DNA of 64,000 nucleotides from Minutocellus sp. GHC0000111 (GCA_977018835.1 OZ361256.1:2046001-2110000), one strand, 5' to 3'; counted from the first letter of the stretch, positions 45,262 through 57,242 are shown. A program made the numbers and translations. Notes: a model not told the origin generated them from the letters alone.

Positions 45262-46575
45262 TCACACTTTGGAGAACCTGGGTGAGCGGCTCCTAACGAA
45301 GAAGCGACGTTCGTCGGCAACATGTAGAAATGCCTCCAAAGTTATTCCATCGATCTCGTCAAATTTCCCCCCAACATTTTGCTGGAATTCATAGGACCGA
45401 GAGTACAGCTCGTCAATCTCACAGCGAGGTATTCCTTGCCACAACGCCTCCATCACGGCATCGAATTGTGGAAAGTTGATTCCACCAGTAGCTGTCTTAC
45501 AAGAATCTCCTGGCTTATGTTCAGACCTTGGACTGTAGCCTGTCAAAGCTCCCGCAGATGCAGTCTCAAACAACAGTCGGGCCAATGATTTGCGTCTGCT
45601 TACCTCACGACAGTATTCCCGAGCAGCCACCAATACCAACCACTGAAATAGATCGACGTGTAATTCGACTTGATCGCCTTCTCCTGATTTCTCGACTGCA
45701 AGATCCATCGTCCTCTGGGTGAGTGAATCAAGATCACAAGAAGGCAGACCTTGGCTCTCGATATTGCTTGTCGTGGAAGTAAAAACTCTGGACGTCAGCT
45801 CGAGAGCAACTGGGAGAGGAAGGAGTACCGAATCTGCGACCGAAGATGACAACGACAAGAGATCCATTTCTGTTTCATTTTGCACCTCAATCAGAACTTC
45901 CAACACAAAGACAAGAGCGTTTTGGCCGTTGAATTCGTCAAGGAGCTCAAAGAATAACGATGCTTCGGCGTCTTCCTCGGCCATCATTTGTTTAACACCA
46001 TGGTAAAGTGCCCACCGATCACCATCTCTCGCCTCTTGATCTGGGTCGCTGCACAGCGAAAGGCCTTCCACGAGTCTGCTGTTGTCATAATCACGGCCCA
46101 GGTCTTCTTTATCAAAGAAGCGGTAGGCAAGAATCGGAAAAGAAATGGCGATTGAAGTGCGGCCGTCGTTATCATCTTTTGCTGCCTTCTCGACCTCAAC
46201 AGCCTTTGCAAGGATTGATCTCATGGTCTTTCGTACGAGTAGCCATTGAGCGTCGTGTACTTTATTTGCCAGGGGACCACCAGTACCTTCAGTGACATCG
46301 GGTGGTGGAGGAAGCAGCGAGCGATACTTGTGACACGGTAATGACTTCAACGAATGCTTAAATTCTTTACTGGCTTCTGATTGGAGAGCGGCATGCATAT
46401 TGCCAATATCGTCTATTTGTTGTTTCCAGAGGACCTTGCCTGTCGAAGTGATCCTGCTGAGGTAAATGGAAGAAGTAAGCTTCTCCATGTATGGGATTCC
46501 GTCCTCCTCATCATCGCTCGACTCTTCCTCCACTATCTCTCCGTATTTAGTTGTGTAAGTCTCAGAGGATGCCAT
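45262..46575 (-). CDS. Hypothetical protein, 437 aa
   Basis: Uninterrupted ATG-initiated ORF; weak EF-hand-like look at the C-terminus only. Confidence 0.7.
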   Translation of the reverse strand: MASSETYTTKYGEIVEEESSDDEEDGIPYMEKLTSSIYLSRITSTGKVLWKQQIDDIGNMHAALQSEASKEFKHSLKSLPCHKYRSLLPPPPDVTEGTGGPLANKVHDAQWLLVRKTMRSILAKAVEVEKAAKDDNDGRTSIAISFPILAYRFFDKEDLGRDYDNSRLVEGLSLCSDPDQEARDGDRWALYHGVKQMMAEEDAEASLFFELLDEFNGQNALVFVLEVLIEVQNETEMDLLSLSSSVADSVLLPLPVALELTSRVFTSTTSNIESQGLPSCDLDSLTQRTMDLAVEKSGEGDQVELHVDLFQWLVLVAAREYCREVSRRKSLARLLFETASAGALTGYSPRSEHKPGDSCKTATGGINFPQFDAVMEALWQGIPRCEIDELYSRSYEFQQNVGGKFDEIDGITLEAFLHVADERRFFVRSRSPRFSKV

Positions 46576-46758
46576 TGTGAGCCTACTAGGTACCTAGCTA
46601 GGTACATGAATATGTGCGCAGGCCAGAGCTGAAGCATCCTCTCTCGCGATCTAGAATGATCACATACAACGTCGTATACATGAAAATAATTCAGCGATTT
46701 TGCCTCATTCAAATTTTAACACCATTAATCAAAGGCAAACTACATGCTTTGTGTCACG

Positions 46759-49700
46759 CTACAACCCCGCCGACGCCGAGTATTTGCCGACGCTCAATAG
46801 GAGATTGGCCTTGGTGTACTGCAGGTCCATAATAATCGTCCGTCGGGTTCGGAAGCATTTGACTGGCTCTCTAGCACCGAGGCGGAACTGCTCACCGATG
46901 GGTCGACGGGAGAGCTGAGAATCGGTCGGCAACGACATTGGCCCGGCCGAACCCGATCCACCAGCACTACCGGCACTGCCACCGTAGCCATGAGACTTGG
47001 CGTAGTCGGGGTTGGACATGTGACTAGCGGCACCTCGTACGTCCCAGATTCGCACCGTGCAATCATCTCCTCCGGTTGCCAATGCAGTGCCACACGCGCT
47101 ATAACTCATGGACTGCACTGCAACCGCTGTGGTCCCACCAACGCCGCTTTGACCAGCGGGAAGGCGAAGCTCGTTCACCTTTCGGCCGCTACCAAGATCC
47201 CAGATATGGACAACTCCACTGTAATCCGACGCGGCAGCATATTTGCCGGAAGGACAGATCTTGACAAGATTTAGGCCCGCGCTGACTCCATTGAGAAGAC
47301 GCACACATCGACCGGTCTGGACGTCCCACAAACGTACAGTCTTGTCATCAGCAGCTGTTGCTACGTAGTTGGCGTTGGGATGCCAATCGATAGAATTGAC
47401 ACTGGGACTAAAGTGTCCCGCTAAAATCCGTACAGGCGAAGAGTTGTCGGTAGTCCAAATACGGGCGGTGGAATCCCAGCCAGCAGATGCGAAAAAATAA
47501 CCAGAGGGAGCGAAGGAGACGGACCAGATGGGAGACGAAGGGGAGTGACCTCGGTAGCAGGCCAGGGCAGCTCCAGATACTTCTACCATGGGCTCTGTTC
47601 GCATCCCAGGAACGGATGTATTGGGTTCTCCATTGTTAGATGGCTTAATTGTGGTGCTGGTTGTTCCAAGAGGGTGTGTCTTCTTCACAACATTGGCCAA
47701 TCTGCCGAATGGTCCAACAGCGGAGGTATCCCAGAGGCGGATTGATCCGTCACCACCAGCACTTAGCAGGGTGCGGCCATCTCGGTTCCAGTCCAGATCG
47801 AAGATGGGGAAGCCGTTCTTGTGCCCCAAGAGAACGATGGCAGATTCCTCGGGCTTGTTGACTGTGTCAGCGGTATCAGAAATACCCTTGGAACTGATGA
47901 GAGATCCGCCAACGCCTTTGCCTCCACCAGACGATGAAGCGGACGTCTTGTCATCGCCACCAATAGTCCAGATTCGAACGGCGGCATCGTCGCACCCAGC
48001 AGCGACCCGTCGACGGTCTGGTGGACAGAGCTTAGCACAGCAAATATCTATTCCTGACTCCTGCAATAGGGTAGATCCAACGGCAGCCCCACCTTCCATG
48101 GCGGCAGAGACACCGCCGGCGGTGCCATATGACCACGACGGTCCTGAAGAGGGCCTCGCAGCGCAAAGAGTTGAAAGAAGAATGGAGGGAGAATGTGGGT
48201 CAGCATATTCGCGGTACGGCTCGGCCTCTTCTTCCTCTTCATCATCTTCGACTATGGCTGCCGTGTCGCTGATAACCTTTCCGGTATTGGCCGAATAGGA
48301 TTTGGGCACAGCACCAGGAACTCTCATACCGGCCTCGTATTCCCTGCGACACTCCAGCGCCTCGAGACGGCGGAAGCCATTGATGAGCAGAGCACGGTTG
48401 AACTCCACCCTGCGCCTCTCTGCCTTGGCCTCATCCTCAGTCGACACCTCGGTGTTGGGATCGAGGTAAAACTTGGGAAAGGGAAGTGGCTCCGATCGGG
48501 TGAGAATCGATTTCTCATCGTCAATTCGCAAGTCTTCTCCCTCCTCAGCAGCGCGAGAGGTGGGATCGACAGGCGCCGCCCATCGGACGTCCCTGCTCTT
48601 GGCTCCGCCAGCGCCATCTTCGTCATCCTGGAGGAACATGTCTTCCAAAACGACGGATGGGACCACCGGGAGAGGATCTCGCTTCTCACAGCTGAAGTGG
48701 CATCGGCTCAGCAACAGGCTCGACATGGGCAGCAGTACTCCATCTCCCCGACCCAGGTAGGATGCGAGCAGATGGTATGCATGCGTGGACAGTACCATGT
48801 GCCATCGGAGGGCCCTCGCCCTCCGCAGAAAGGGCAGCGTCGCTAGCCGGGCCGAGACCTTGGACGCTCTCTTGGACGCCTCCTTCTCCCGCGCCTCATG
48901 CTTGGCAACCTCGGCATCGATCTGCCGGATGGAGTCGATGCACGCCTTCTTCTGCTCCGAGTTGAGCTGGGAGGCCTGCTTCATCCGACCGAGGACGGCC
49001 ACCTTCTTCTTCTTGTAGCTGTGATGCGCCTGCCGGGCGGCCCGGGCGATGGTGACGGCGTCTCCATGGGCGGCGATGCCCTTGTTCAGCTCGACGACGT
49101 GGGCGTTGCTCTTGCACACGTCCAGGTCGGCCAGCTCGGCGTGGTGCGATGGCTCGTAGATGTGCCGGTAGGTGGCCAAGAGCGACGCGGCCGTGTGGTC
49201 CAGATTGAACTCGAGGAGCTCGCAGTAGGTGTGGACCAGGGCGGCGAACGTCACGGCCAGCAGCTCCGGCTTGCACGATGGAGCGATTTGGGGCGCGGTG
49301 GGATAGTACGGTGCGTGGTGTTGAGGACGCTGTTGCTGTTGTTGGTGCTGCTCAACCTTGGCACTGGCATTTGTGGTGACTGTGGTGGCAGCTGCAGCAG
49401 CATCCGGAATCACATGCACCTTCTTTGCTTCGTCTCCTTCATCTGCTGCCCCCTTGCCATCTCCAGCCGCAGCCGCAGCCACAGCCTCCATCGCTGCTGT
49501 TGCTTTTGCCTCGGCCGCCACCTGCTGGGCCCGTTCCACTACCGATCCCACCGTGGCCGTCGTAACATTGGTGCCAGTACCTCCCCCATGAGGAGCAGCA
49601 CCGGGTGCATCGTCCGGCAACGACAGCACCCAGGTCTGCAGCGCCGTGAACGCTCGGACGAACTTGCGCGCCTCATCCTGCCCCCGCCGGTCCTTGTCGT

Positions 49701-50442
49701 CCTCCGCCTTCTTGTCTTCGGCGGGTGGTGGACCAGTGGGAGCGTCTTTCTTATCATCTGCATCCTTTTTATCGGTGGCAGTAGCATCCGCATCTGCATC
49801 CGCCGCCACAACGCCCGAAATGGCCTCGGTGACAATGTCCTCCTCGGTCTCCACCCCGGCGTTGCCGTCGCCGCAGCCCCACATGGCCATGTGCGGCGCC
49901 GAATCGAGGTCGTACCCCATTCCCCCGCCCGTGCTGAGGACGAGGGGGGTCCGGGCGTGCTGCGCCAGCTTGTCCTCCTCGTCGAGGTCCATGGCCACGG
50001 CCTCCTCGTCTTCGTCTTCCTCATTGTCGCCACCGTCGTCACCGTCGCCCTTCTTTCCACCCTTTTTGCTGCCCTTTTTGGATTTGCCCTTTTTGGACGA
50101 GGCATCCTTGTCCTTGTCACCCTCCTTCTCTGCCTCGGCCTCCTCGGCCTGCTGCTCCTTCCACCTCTTCTCGGCGCGGAGGCTCCGTCCGAGCTCTATC
50201 GCCGCCCCGTCCAAACCGCGCTTGCGCAGGTAGGCCAGAACGGCCTCGTCGGAGGGGTCCGACGCGGCATCGTTGTTGTTTCTGTCACCGTTGTTGGTGG
50301 TGGTGGTGGCGGCGTTGCCGGCGGTGGTGGTACTCTGCTCGGCGGCGGCGGCCTGCTGGGCATCGTCCGACGGTGCCGGTGCGGCGGCAGCGGCCGCGGC
50401 GGACTTTTTGCTGGTGCCTCCGCGAGACGATCGACGGCTCAT
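46759..50442 (-). CDS. TAF5: TFIID subunit TAF5
   Basis: LisH-like AVLAYLRKRGL, NTD2-like KPELLAVTFAALVHTYCELL, C-terminal WD40 repeats (HPNANYVATAADDKTVRLWDV). Confidence 0.88.
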   Translation of the reverse strand: MSRRSSRGGTSKKSAAAAAAAPAPSDDAQQAAAAEQSTTTAGNAATTTTNNGDRNNNDAASDPSDEAVLAYLRKRGLDGAAIELGRSLRAEKRWKEQQAEEAEAEKEGDKDKDASSKKGKSKKGSKKGGKKGDGDDGGDNEEDEDEEAVAMDLDEEDKLAQHARTPLVLSTGGGMGYDLDSAPHMAMWGCGDGNAGVETEEDIVTEAISGVVAADADADATATDKKDADDKKDAPTGPPPAEDKKAEDDKDRRGQDEARKFVRAFTALQTWVLSLPDDAPGAAPHGGGTGTNVTTATVGSVVERAQQVAAEAKATAAMEAVAAAAAGDGKGAADEGDEAKKVHVIPDAAAAATTVTTNASAKVEQHQQQQQRPQHHAPYYPTAPQIAPSCKPELLAVTFAALVHTYCELLEFNLDHTAASLLATYRHIYEPSHHAELADLDVCKSNAHVVELNKGIAAHGDAVTIARAARQAHHSYKKKKVAVLGRMKQASQLNSEQKKACIDSIRQIDAEVAKHEAREKEASKRASKVSARLATLPFLRRARALRWHMVLSTHAYHLLASYLGRGDGVLLPMSSLLLSRCHFSCEKRDPLPVVPSVVLEDMFLQDDEDGAGGAKSRDVRWAAPVDPTSRAAEEGEDLRIDDEKSILTRSEPLPFPKFYLDPNTEVSTEDEAKAERRRVEFNRALLINGFRRLEALECRREYEAGMRVPGAVPKSYSANTGKVISDTAAIVEDDEEEEEAEPYREYADPHSPSILLSTLCAARPSSGPSWSYGTAGGVSAAMEGGAAVGSTLLQESGIDICCAKLCPPDRRRVAAGCDDAAVRIWTIGGDDKTSASSSGGGKGVGGSLISSKGISDTADTVNKPEESAIVLLGHKNGFPIFDLDWNRDGRTLLSAGGDGSIRLWDTSAVGPFGRLANVVKKTHPLGTTSTTIKPSNNGEPNTSVPGMRTEPMVEVSGAALACYRGHSPSSPIWSVSFAPSGYFFASAGWDSTARIWTTDNSSPVRILAGHFSPSVNSIDWHPNANYVATAADDKTVRLWDVQTGRCVRLLNGVSAGLNLVKICPSGKYAAASDYSGVVHIWDLGSGRKVNELRLPAGQSGVGGTTAVAVQSMSYSACGTALATGGDDCTVRIWDVRGAASHMSNPDYAKSHGYGGSAGSAGGSGSAGPMSLPTDSQLSRRPIGEQFRLGAREPVKCFRTRRTIIMDLQYTKANLLLSVGKYSASAGL

Positions 50443-51200
50443 GACGGTGGCCGATTCCCTCCTTTCCAATTCCGATGGTTTGTCAATGCAATTACGACGT
50501 CCGGTGGTATCTTTACCCCCTTACTTGGTCGAGTGAGCGGATTTTATGGATCGGAGGATGATGATGCGTCGTGCCGGACTGGGACCTTTGGTGCCCAGAA
50601 AGCAACGGGCTCGAAGTATCCAACGAAGCAAGCAACGCTGAACGATCCAAAGCCCCGCAGGATACCAAAGGCAACGGCAGAAAGCGAAGGGGGCTTGAGA
50701 CAAGCTTCACACCAGACTCTAGCCTACCAGTCAACGTTGTGGCCACCCACCATCGGCCATCGTCGGCTCGTCGTGCTTGTGGCAGAAGGTGTATTTTGAG
50801 TTTTCTCAAAGATGACGTCATGCAGACGACGACTGCAAAAACCTCTCATTTTCGACCCAAGTTGCGTTGGCAGAGGGTCGGTAACTCCGGTATCAACATC
50901 TCCCTCCTTGCCAAGCAAAGAGAGCCAAACCCCAAAGATACATACGTTCGGGCGGGAGCGAGGCAATACAGGCTGGTTTTCCTGGGCCCGTGCTCCTTTT
51001 TTGGGTTTCTACGTAGGCCGCCTTTCTACATCACGGCGAAAAAGCAGCACATCTTTTGGGTTGTTCAAGAGGGCGAGAGAGGTGACAGCTTCGCTTCGCT
51101 TCGCTTCGCTTTGGTTAGTGTATTGGTTTGCGTAGATTTGTCGCTAGCTAGGAGGTGAATTCCATTTCTAGTTGTCGTCGGTTGCTTCGTACCAATCAGC

Positions 51201-53210
51201 ATGGATCAGCTCACGGCGAATCTCGGCCAGCTGTCCACTACCGCGAGAGAGTGGACTCCCGGCGGTGGCGCTACTGCTACTGGCGGCAATACCAACACCG
51301 GTGGAAGCGCCCCCAACTCCCCCCTCCGTCCGGCCATGCCCGGACCGTCCGCCACGGCCAACGAGTGGCAGCCCCTGCCGCAGGCGCAGAACGTCGGCGG
51401 GGCGGCTGGTGGGCTGCAGGGACTGGGCAAGACGCGCGGAGGCGGTGGTGGTGGGCTGATGCTCGGCCATAGCGGCGCGGCGGCCGGCCATGGCGGCAGG
51501 GCCGTTTCGGCGGACAGCGCCGGCGTAGGAGGAGGAGGAGCCGCCAAGGAGTTTGTTCCGGGAGTGGGTCTGCGATCGGCCTCGGAGGGCGATGGGATTC
51601 GCGAGTTTGTCCCCGGTGTGGGCATGACCACAGGCGAGGTGTCTCAGCAGCAGCAGCAGCAGCAGGAAATGGCTGCCAACACTGCCACAGCCGGCCCCAC
51701 CACGACGGGTGCACCCCCGCCGCCCGCCACCTCCCTCTCCTCCGCCCGCACCCTGCACAGCCTCGGCCTGCCGGAAGACCTGTGGGCGCACTACCGCGAT
51801 CTCGACATGGAATCCAGCCGGCAGATGGACCCGACCGACCCGCGTCATCGGGCCGTCCCCCCTGGCTACGTCGGTGCGTACCCCCTCGACCTCGACGAGC
51901 AGCGCGATCCCGGCATCAGCAACAAGAAGCGATCGACCTTTGGATATCCCACCATGTGCTTTCGGGTGACGTCGCAGGACGACGGGCGGTTGTACTGCTT
52001 GAGAAGGATGGACTCCGTCCGATGCGTCAGTCCCAAGATTGCCGCCAGCGTCAAGGAGGTTTGGGTCAGTGCAGTCGATCCCAGTTTGAGTGGCAACTCG
52101 CGCAACAGCAGTGCCGCCGCCAATGCCGCGGCGGGCATCCCACCGCCCCGGTTGGTCGATCATCCCAACATGGTGCGATTCTACAAGGCCTTTGTGTCGC
52201 AACGAGCGGTCTTCTTTGTCCACAGGTACCATCCGGGTGCACGGACTTTGCTGGAACGGTACCTGCAGGGTGGCGTCCCCCTGCCATTGCCGGAGGATTT
52301 GCTATGGAGCATCGTGACGCAGCTGGTCGGTGTCGTCAAGGCCGTCCATGGGTCCAACCTGGCCGTCCGGACGTTGCAGATGAACCACATCCTTTGTACC
52401 ACCGAGGCTGGGATTGGTGCCGTCGGTGCGGCCAGCAGTCCCGTCGGTGGCCGGGTTCGCATCCGTGTCAATTGCATCGGCATTCCCGATGCCTTGGAGT
52501 TTGAAGCACGCAAGCCGTTGGCGGACCTTCAGAGGGAGGATATGTTTTCCCTGGGACGTGTCATCATGTCGTTGGCGACTGGTACGGAGATCTTGCCCGC
52601 TGATATTACCAACAACCAAACCATGGCCCAGTGCGAGCAGTACATTTCCGGTCAGTACAGTCGATCTCTGCTATCGTTGATTATGAACTTGGTCCGTCCA
52701 CGGAACATGACTAATGATCCACCGACCATCTTTGACGTGGCGGGTATGGTCGCTCAGCGCGCCTTTGACGAACTGTCAGCCGCCCAGATTGCAGTAGATA
52801 AGGTGGACGAATCACTTGCCAATGAGTACGAAGCAGGCCGCGCCCTCCGGCTGCTGCTCAAGTTGGGCTTCATCAACGAACGACCCGAGTTTGGCGTGGA
52901 CAGTCGCTGGTCCGAGACCGGCGACAACTACGTCCTCAAACTCTTTCGGGACTTTGTCTTTCATCAGGCGGATGGCAATGGCCGGCCAGTTATGGACCTT
53001 GGCCATGTCGTGACGGCACTTAACAAGCTCGATGCCGCCGATGACGAGAAGATCGTCTTGGTTTCCAGGGATGGTAGGAATGTCTTGGTGGTGAGTTATG
53101 CCGACGTTGCTCGATGCCTGGAGAATGCGTATGGAGAACTGTGCGATGGTTCTGTCCCTCCAGCGAGTATAAGGGCACCGCCGATGGGTGGTGGTTCGAG
53201 GGGTTATTGA
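51201..53210 (+). CDS. PAN3: PAN2-PAN3 deadenylase subunit PAN3
   Basis: PAM2-like motifs; pseudokinase FGYPTMCF, DGRLYCLRR; C-terminal GRALRLLLKLGFINERPEF..WSETGDNYVLKLFRDFVFHQ, LNKLDA. Confidence 0.93.
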   Translation: MDQLTANLGQLSTTAREWTPGGGATATGGNTNTGGSAPNSPLRPAMPGPSATANEWQPLPQAQNVGGAAGGLQGLGKTRGGGGGGLMLGHSGAAAGHGGRAVSADSAGVGGGGAAKEFVPGVGLRSASEGDGIREFVPGVGMTTGEVSQQQQQQQEMAANTATAGPTTTGAPPPPATSLSSARTLHSLGLPEDLWAHYRDLDMESSRQMDPTDPRHRAVPPGYVGAYPLDLDEQRDPGISNKKRSTFGYPTMCFRVTSQDDGRLYCLRRMDSVRCVSPKIAASVKEVWVSAVDPSLSGNSRNSSAAANAAAGIPPPRLVDHPNMVRFYKAFVSQRAVFFVHRYHPGARTLLERYLQGGVPLPLPEDLLWSIVTQLVGVVKAVHGSNLAVRTLQMNHILCTTEAGIGAVGAASSPVGGRVRIRVNCIGIPDALEFEARKPLADLQREDMFSLGRVIMSLATGTEILPADITNNQTMAQCEQYISGQYSRSLLSLIMNLVRPRNMTNDPPTIFDVAGMVAQRAFDELSAAQIAVDKVDESLANEYEAGRALRLLLKLGFINERPEFGVDSRWSETGDNYVLKLFRDFVFHQADGNGRPVMDLGHVVTALNKLDAADDEKIVLVSRDGRNVLVVSYADVARCLENAYGELCDGSVPPASIRAPPMGGGSRGY

Positions 53211-53466
53211 GAGGAGGAAAGGGGGGAGAGCGTAAGCGGGCGGTAACGAAAGTATAAAGAAAAGAATACTAAAGTTATAAAAAGGAAGATTAATTGTTAT
53301 TGCTGCGTACAACATGTTGATTCAAACCCCCTTTTGGCTCTATTGTTTTGTCCAGGAGAACATACATTGTACTCTTTTTCTATGATGTGATATAATTAGA
53401 GTAATAATATGTCATTCAACTTTCGTCCTTGGACGATTGACTACTAGTACTAGACAGTAGAAACTC

Positions 53467-54051
53467 CTAGTCCATTAGATCAACCTCAAAGCCTGTGAAC
53501 CTCACCTCCCTAATCTCCTCATCTCGAAAGTCAGTTTCGACGATGAACCCCGGCAGATTTGGGTTTGGAACAGGACCAAAGGTCATGTGCAAGGAAATCC
53601 TCCTACCACCCCACAATCCTCCAACACCATGTGTGTCAGGCTCAAACATATAGTAAACCTCGAAATACTCGTCACCCACAGAGCTCAGTGCGTCCGATTC
53701 ATGGTATTCGGACAAAACTGCAACAAGAATTCCATTTAGGCGGATTTCGGCCTCTGCTACCTTGGTGATGGGACAAAGTGTCGGGTCGTCACATGTAAGT
53801 GTTAGCTCATGCTCTCTAAAAGCGAAATCGTCGATATATTCAGCTCTCGCCATCTTGCCATGCGCATACACCGGCGAGCCGCCCTTTCCAGCTATCTCGA
53901 CCCTGCCATTTCTCGATGCGTACTCCAGTGCCTTGGTGCGTTCTGCTTCGAGCTCCTCTTTTTTCTTTTGAAGCTGTTTGTTCTCCTCCTCGAGATCGAC
54001 GGCCACCTTTTCCTTGAAGACGGCGGCTACAAATTTGACTAGATCGAACAT
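53467..54051 (-). CDS. Hypothetical protein, 194 aa, with N-terminal coiled coil
   Basis: ATG-initiated ORF filling the spacer; no family recognised. Confidence 0.65.
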   Translation of the reverse strand: MFDLVKFVAAVFKEKVAVDLEEENKQLQKKKEELEAERTKALEYASRNGRVEIAGKGGSPVYAHGKMARAEYIDDFAFREHELTLTCDDPTLCPITKVAEAEIRLNGILVAVLSEYHESDALSSVGDEYFEVYYMFEPDTHGVGGLWGGRRISLHMTFGPVPNPNLPGFIVETDFRDEEIREVRFTGFEVDLMD

Positions 54052-54302
54052 TGCGCTTCGATGGTTACTCTTGCTTGTAGGACCGACCCTGTAGTGAACA
54101 TTTGAAGTTCGAAATGTAAATTTTGTTTTGAAAATACTACGATCGTAGCCAGTAGGAATTCCTACATCTGCCGAATCGATCGAAAATATTTTTCTTTATT
54201 TACGTAAGCCTGTATGTCTATGTTTTAATGCGACTTGACAAACATACAGCGCCTCTATGCTGCCCAGGCCCAATCGCCAAATCTATAAATCGACATGCGA
54301 GC

Positions 54303-54880
54303 CTAAGCCTTGGCATTACGGGCGGCCCGACGGTCGGCACGGCTGGTGGCGTGATAACCGGTACGGATGGGGGCGACGGAACGGCTGGAGCCGCAGTCGG
54401 AGCAGTTGCAAAAGTGGAGACGGGTGGCCTGGTCCTTGACGAGCTCGGTGTTGGGACTGCGGCACATCTGGCAGGTGACGTACTCGACGATGTACTTGCG
54501 CAGCAGGGATTCGATGTACTTGGGCACGTACTTGCCCCGGATGACGAGGCGCTGGTTGCCATCGATCGACCCCTCGGTACCGAGCTCGGCCATGAAGAAC
54601 TGGAAGACGTGCTCGGGGGGACGCTGCATCATGGTGCAGATCTCCTGGAAGTTGACCCACAGGGTCTTCTTGGTGCCGACGCGGGTGAGCTGGGGGGGCT
54701 TCATGTTGCGCCGCTTCTTCTCGATGAGGTCGGGGTTGTGCGCGTGGAGGATGCCCACGACGCGGTCGAGGAGCTCGGAGTAGGTGTAGTCGGCCTTGCG
54801 GTCGTGGGGGTCCTCGGTGACCTCCTGGCGGGCCTCGTCCTCGGCGACGATGGTGCGCTGGGTGGCCAGGTCCTCCTCTG
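54303..54880 (-). CDS. EIF2S2: Translation initiation factor eIF2-beta, C-terminal part (5' end cut by the duplication junction)
   Basis: YTYSELLDRV, VGTKKT, ELGTEGSIDG, zinc ribbon CQMC...CSDCGS; Lys-box N-terminus absent. Confidence 0.92.
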
Positions 54881-55021
54881 TCCCTAGATCGCAGAAATAT
54901 TCTGGAGATCGCAGCGAAAACATTTGCGAAAATACACACATACTCAAAGAATGATAGGATAAACATGCATATTTAGAGGATTATAAATATATACAAAAGG
55001 AAGCATCAAACGAATGTTGAC

Positions 55022-55737
55022 TTAGTGACCGCCAATGATGGGGAGAGCGTCGATGTTGCCCATCATCTCGTGGGTCATGAGGCCAAGGATGCCAATCTGT
55101 GCGGCACGACCATTGTTCAGCTCAACGCTGCGCTTCTTCTTCTTGGTGGCCTCATCAAGCTTGTCCCAGCCAAAATCAAGAGCACCGTTGCGGAAATCAC
55201 CTGGGAATTCTCCAGTACCGGTGAAATCACGGTTCGCCATCTCCATCATCGTCCAGGTTCCAATCATCTGAGCCCACACCATGCCAGGAACGGCGGGGAG
55301 GGTGGCAAATCCAGCGGGAATGTCCTCGGCTCCAGGGAATCGAACGCCGGCCTGGAGAATGAAGAGTGGGGAAGTAGCGACGAAAGCTCGGATGTGAGTG
55401 AAATAGTTCTTTCATGAAAGTAGCGGCAATTCACAAATGGATATGCAAAGATACCAGCACGTAGCATCAGACTTACATATGTGACAATGTATCCAACAAA
55501 GGCAAGCATGGCAACGCGGCCGTGCTTGAGCTCGATGTATCGGAGGTTGTCGAACTGCTCCTGATCACCGTCCTTGGGATCACCCAAAACGCCAAGAGGA
55601 TCGAAGCAGCCGAGGGGAGCCTGGGCACCGACCTCTGCTGTAAGATCAGCCGCGAGGGCGGTACTGGCCTTGCCGGTCTGGGCAGGAGCAAAAGCGGCGG
55701 CGCCGACAAGGAGGGTGGAGAGGATAACACACTTCAT
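55022..55737 (-). CDS. Lhcf/FCP, second copy
   Basis: As 41884-42599; one Ala/Thr difference (55216). Confidence 0.95.
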
Positions 55738-56505
55738 TGTTATTGTTTTAGGCTTGGATTGAGAATAAATGACATCGATGGGTGGAAGTTCGAAGCGTCG
55801 CGTGGTCTCAAAACTTAAAGCTTGGATCTCTCGCAAATTTGATTTGAGCAGCACAAGTTCTCAGACTCAATATTTCTGTTTGAGCTGGCATGACGAGATA
55901 TCGAAGCCATTCTCCTTGAAAAGCTGAACAATGGTCGGATGACGAGGCGACAGCCAAACTGGTGTGCGCCTGCGATGTTCGAAAGGCAAGACTAAGCTGC
56001 GGAGAGACCTGACTATTGTTGACGCCCGGGTTTATGACGCCGTCTGCCAGCCAGCTGTACCGGTATGAGCCCTCTCCGCCGCGCCCCTTCTTGTCTTCCG
56101 GATGGCTCCCAACCGAGGCTGTAGTCCATCCAAATACATGCACGATATGCAAAAACTGCTTCTCACAAATCTAATGAAATTTGTTTTTACACAGTTTTAA
56201 GGTGTAGCTCTACTCTCCATGCAGTTCTTTGTGTATGGTTGAGGGACTCCACCCAGATACTTTTCCACCAAGCGAAGAACCGAGCGAGTCAAATCGTCTC
56301 GCGATCCTTCTCTCCTCCTGCACAACGATATCAAATCTCCAACTACTGGGACCTCGACACGATGGCATCCTCCCACATCTCATCAAGATACGCATGCTGA
56401 TCCGATCATTTAGTTGCAACCCGACGCCCGACGCCGACCTGCTCAATCCGACCCGCACACCCGCAACTCTTGTTCGTTTTTATTTCGTACTCCAACACAC
56501 ACAGC

Positions 56506-57242
56506 TTAGGCGACGGGCTGGTCCACGCGGTTGCCATACTCGTCCATGTACACGGTCTCCCCGGTCTTCTCGTCGATGAATTCGGTCCACTCCTTGTTCT
56601 GGGGGATGAGTCCCTCGTAAAGGGCGGGGTCGTTGTCGACCCACTGCTCCTTGCCGACGATGTCGGTGATGGTCTCTCCCTGGGCCTCGAGGACGGCCTC
56701 GACCTCGGCACCGGGCTTGGTGTCGATGTGCTCCACCTCAACGACGAGGGGAGGCTCCTCGAACTGATGGAGCGGAGGGGGGCTGGACAGGGTCCACTCG
56801 AGGGAATCGGTAACGAGGGGGACGACGACATTCTCGCCCTCCGACATGGCGGCGGAAAAAGCACGGACACCGACGGCGGCCGGTCTCGGTGCTGAAGTTA
56901 AAATTATCCGAGAAACAAGGCGCCCGCACGAAAAGCAAAATCCAACCCAATATAGACCACAACATACATAGGAATCCGACCGGGAAGCAAGAGAGAAGGA
57001 GAGGAAGCAAAGGAGGTTAGTTCAGTTTCATGCACGGTATCCAGCCACCACACAAAAAGAACCCGGACCCGAGAGAGTGCCGATGGGGGAAATATGTGCT
57101 CTTTTCTGCTGGAGGCCGGCCTAAAAGATACCAGCCGACCAACACCATCACATTAAACACCCGATCAGATACACGATAACGCACCTGCCGAAGCCAACCG
57201 AAGGGCAGCGGGGCGCACAGCAGTTCGTACGGCGGAGAGCAT
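56506..57242 (-). CDS. Cox1-c, second copy
   Basis: As 43368-44104; one Leu/Ile difference. Confidence 0.8.

Larger units (their letters stand above)
41751..50867. repeat. Tandem duplication, first copy (unit about 41751-54888)
   Basis: Matches 54889-64000 (offset 13138, then 13139, then 13133) with about 8 differences seen. Confidence 0.97.

Noticed and set aside
48898..50799. Long antisense ORFs (633 aa here; also 11268-12389, 19246-20163, 51168-52232)
   Set aside because: Shadows of GC-rich codon-biased genes on the opposite strand; no recognisable domains.
18295..54880. Functional cluster of mRNA-metabolism genes (CstF-77, PAN3, helicase, TAF5, eIF2-beta)
   Set aside because: Interspersed with unrelated genes; such genes are common enough for chance co-location.
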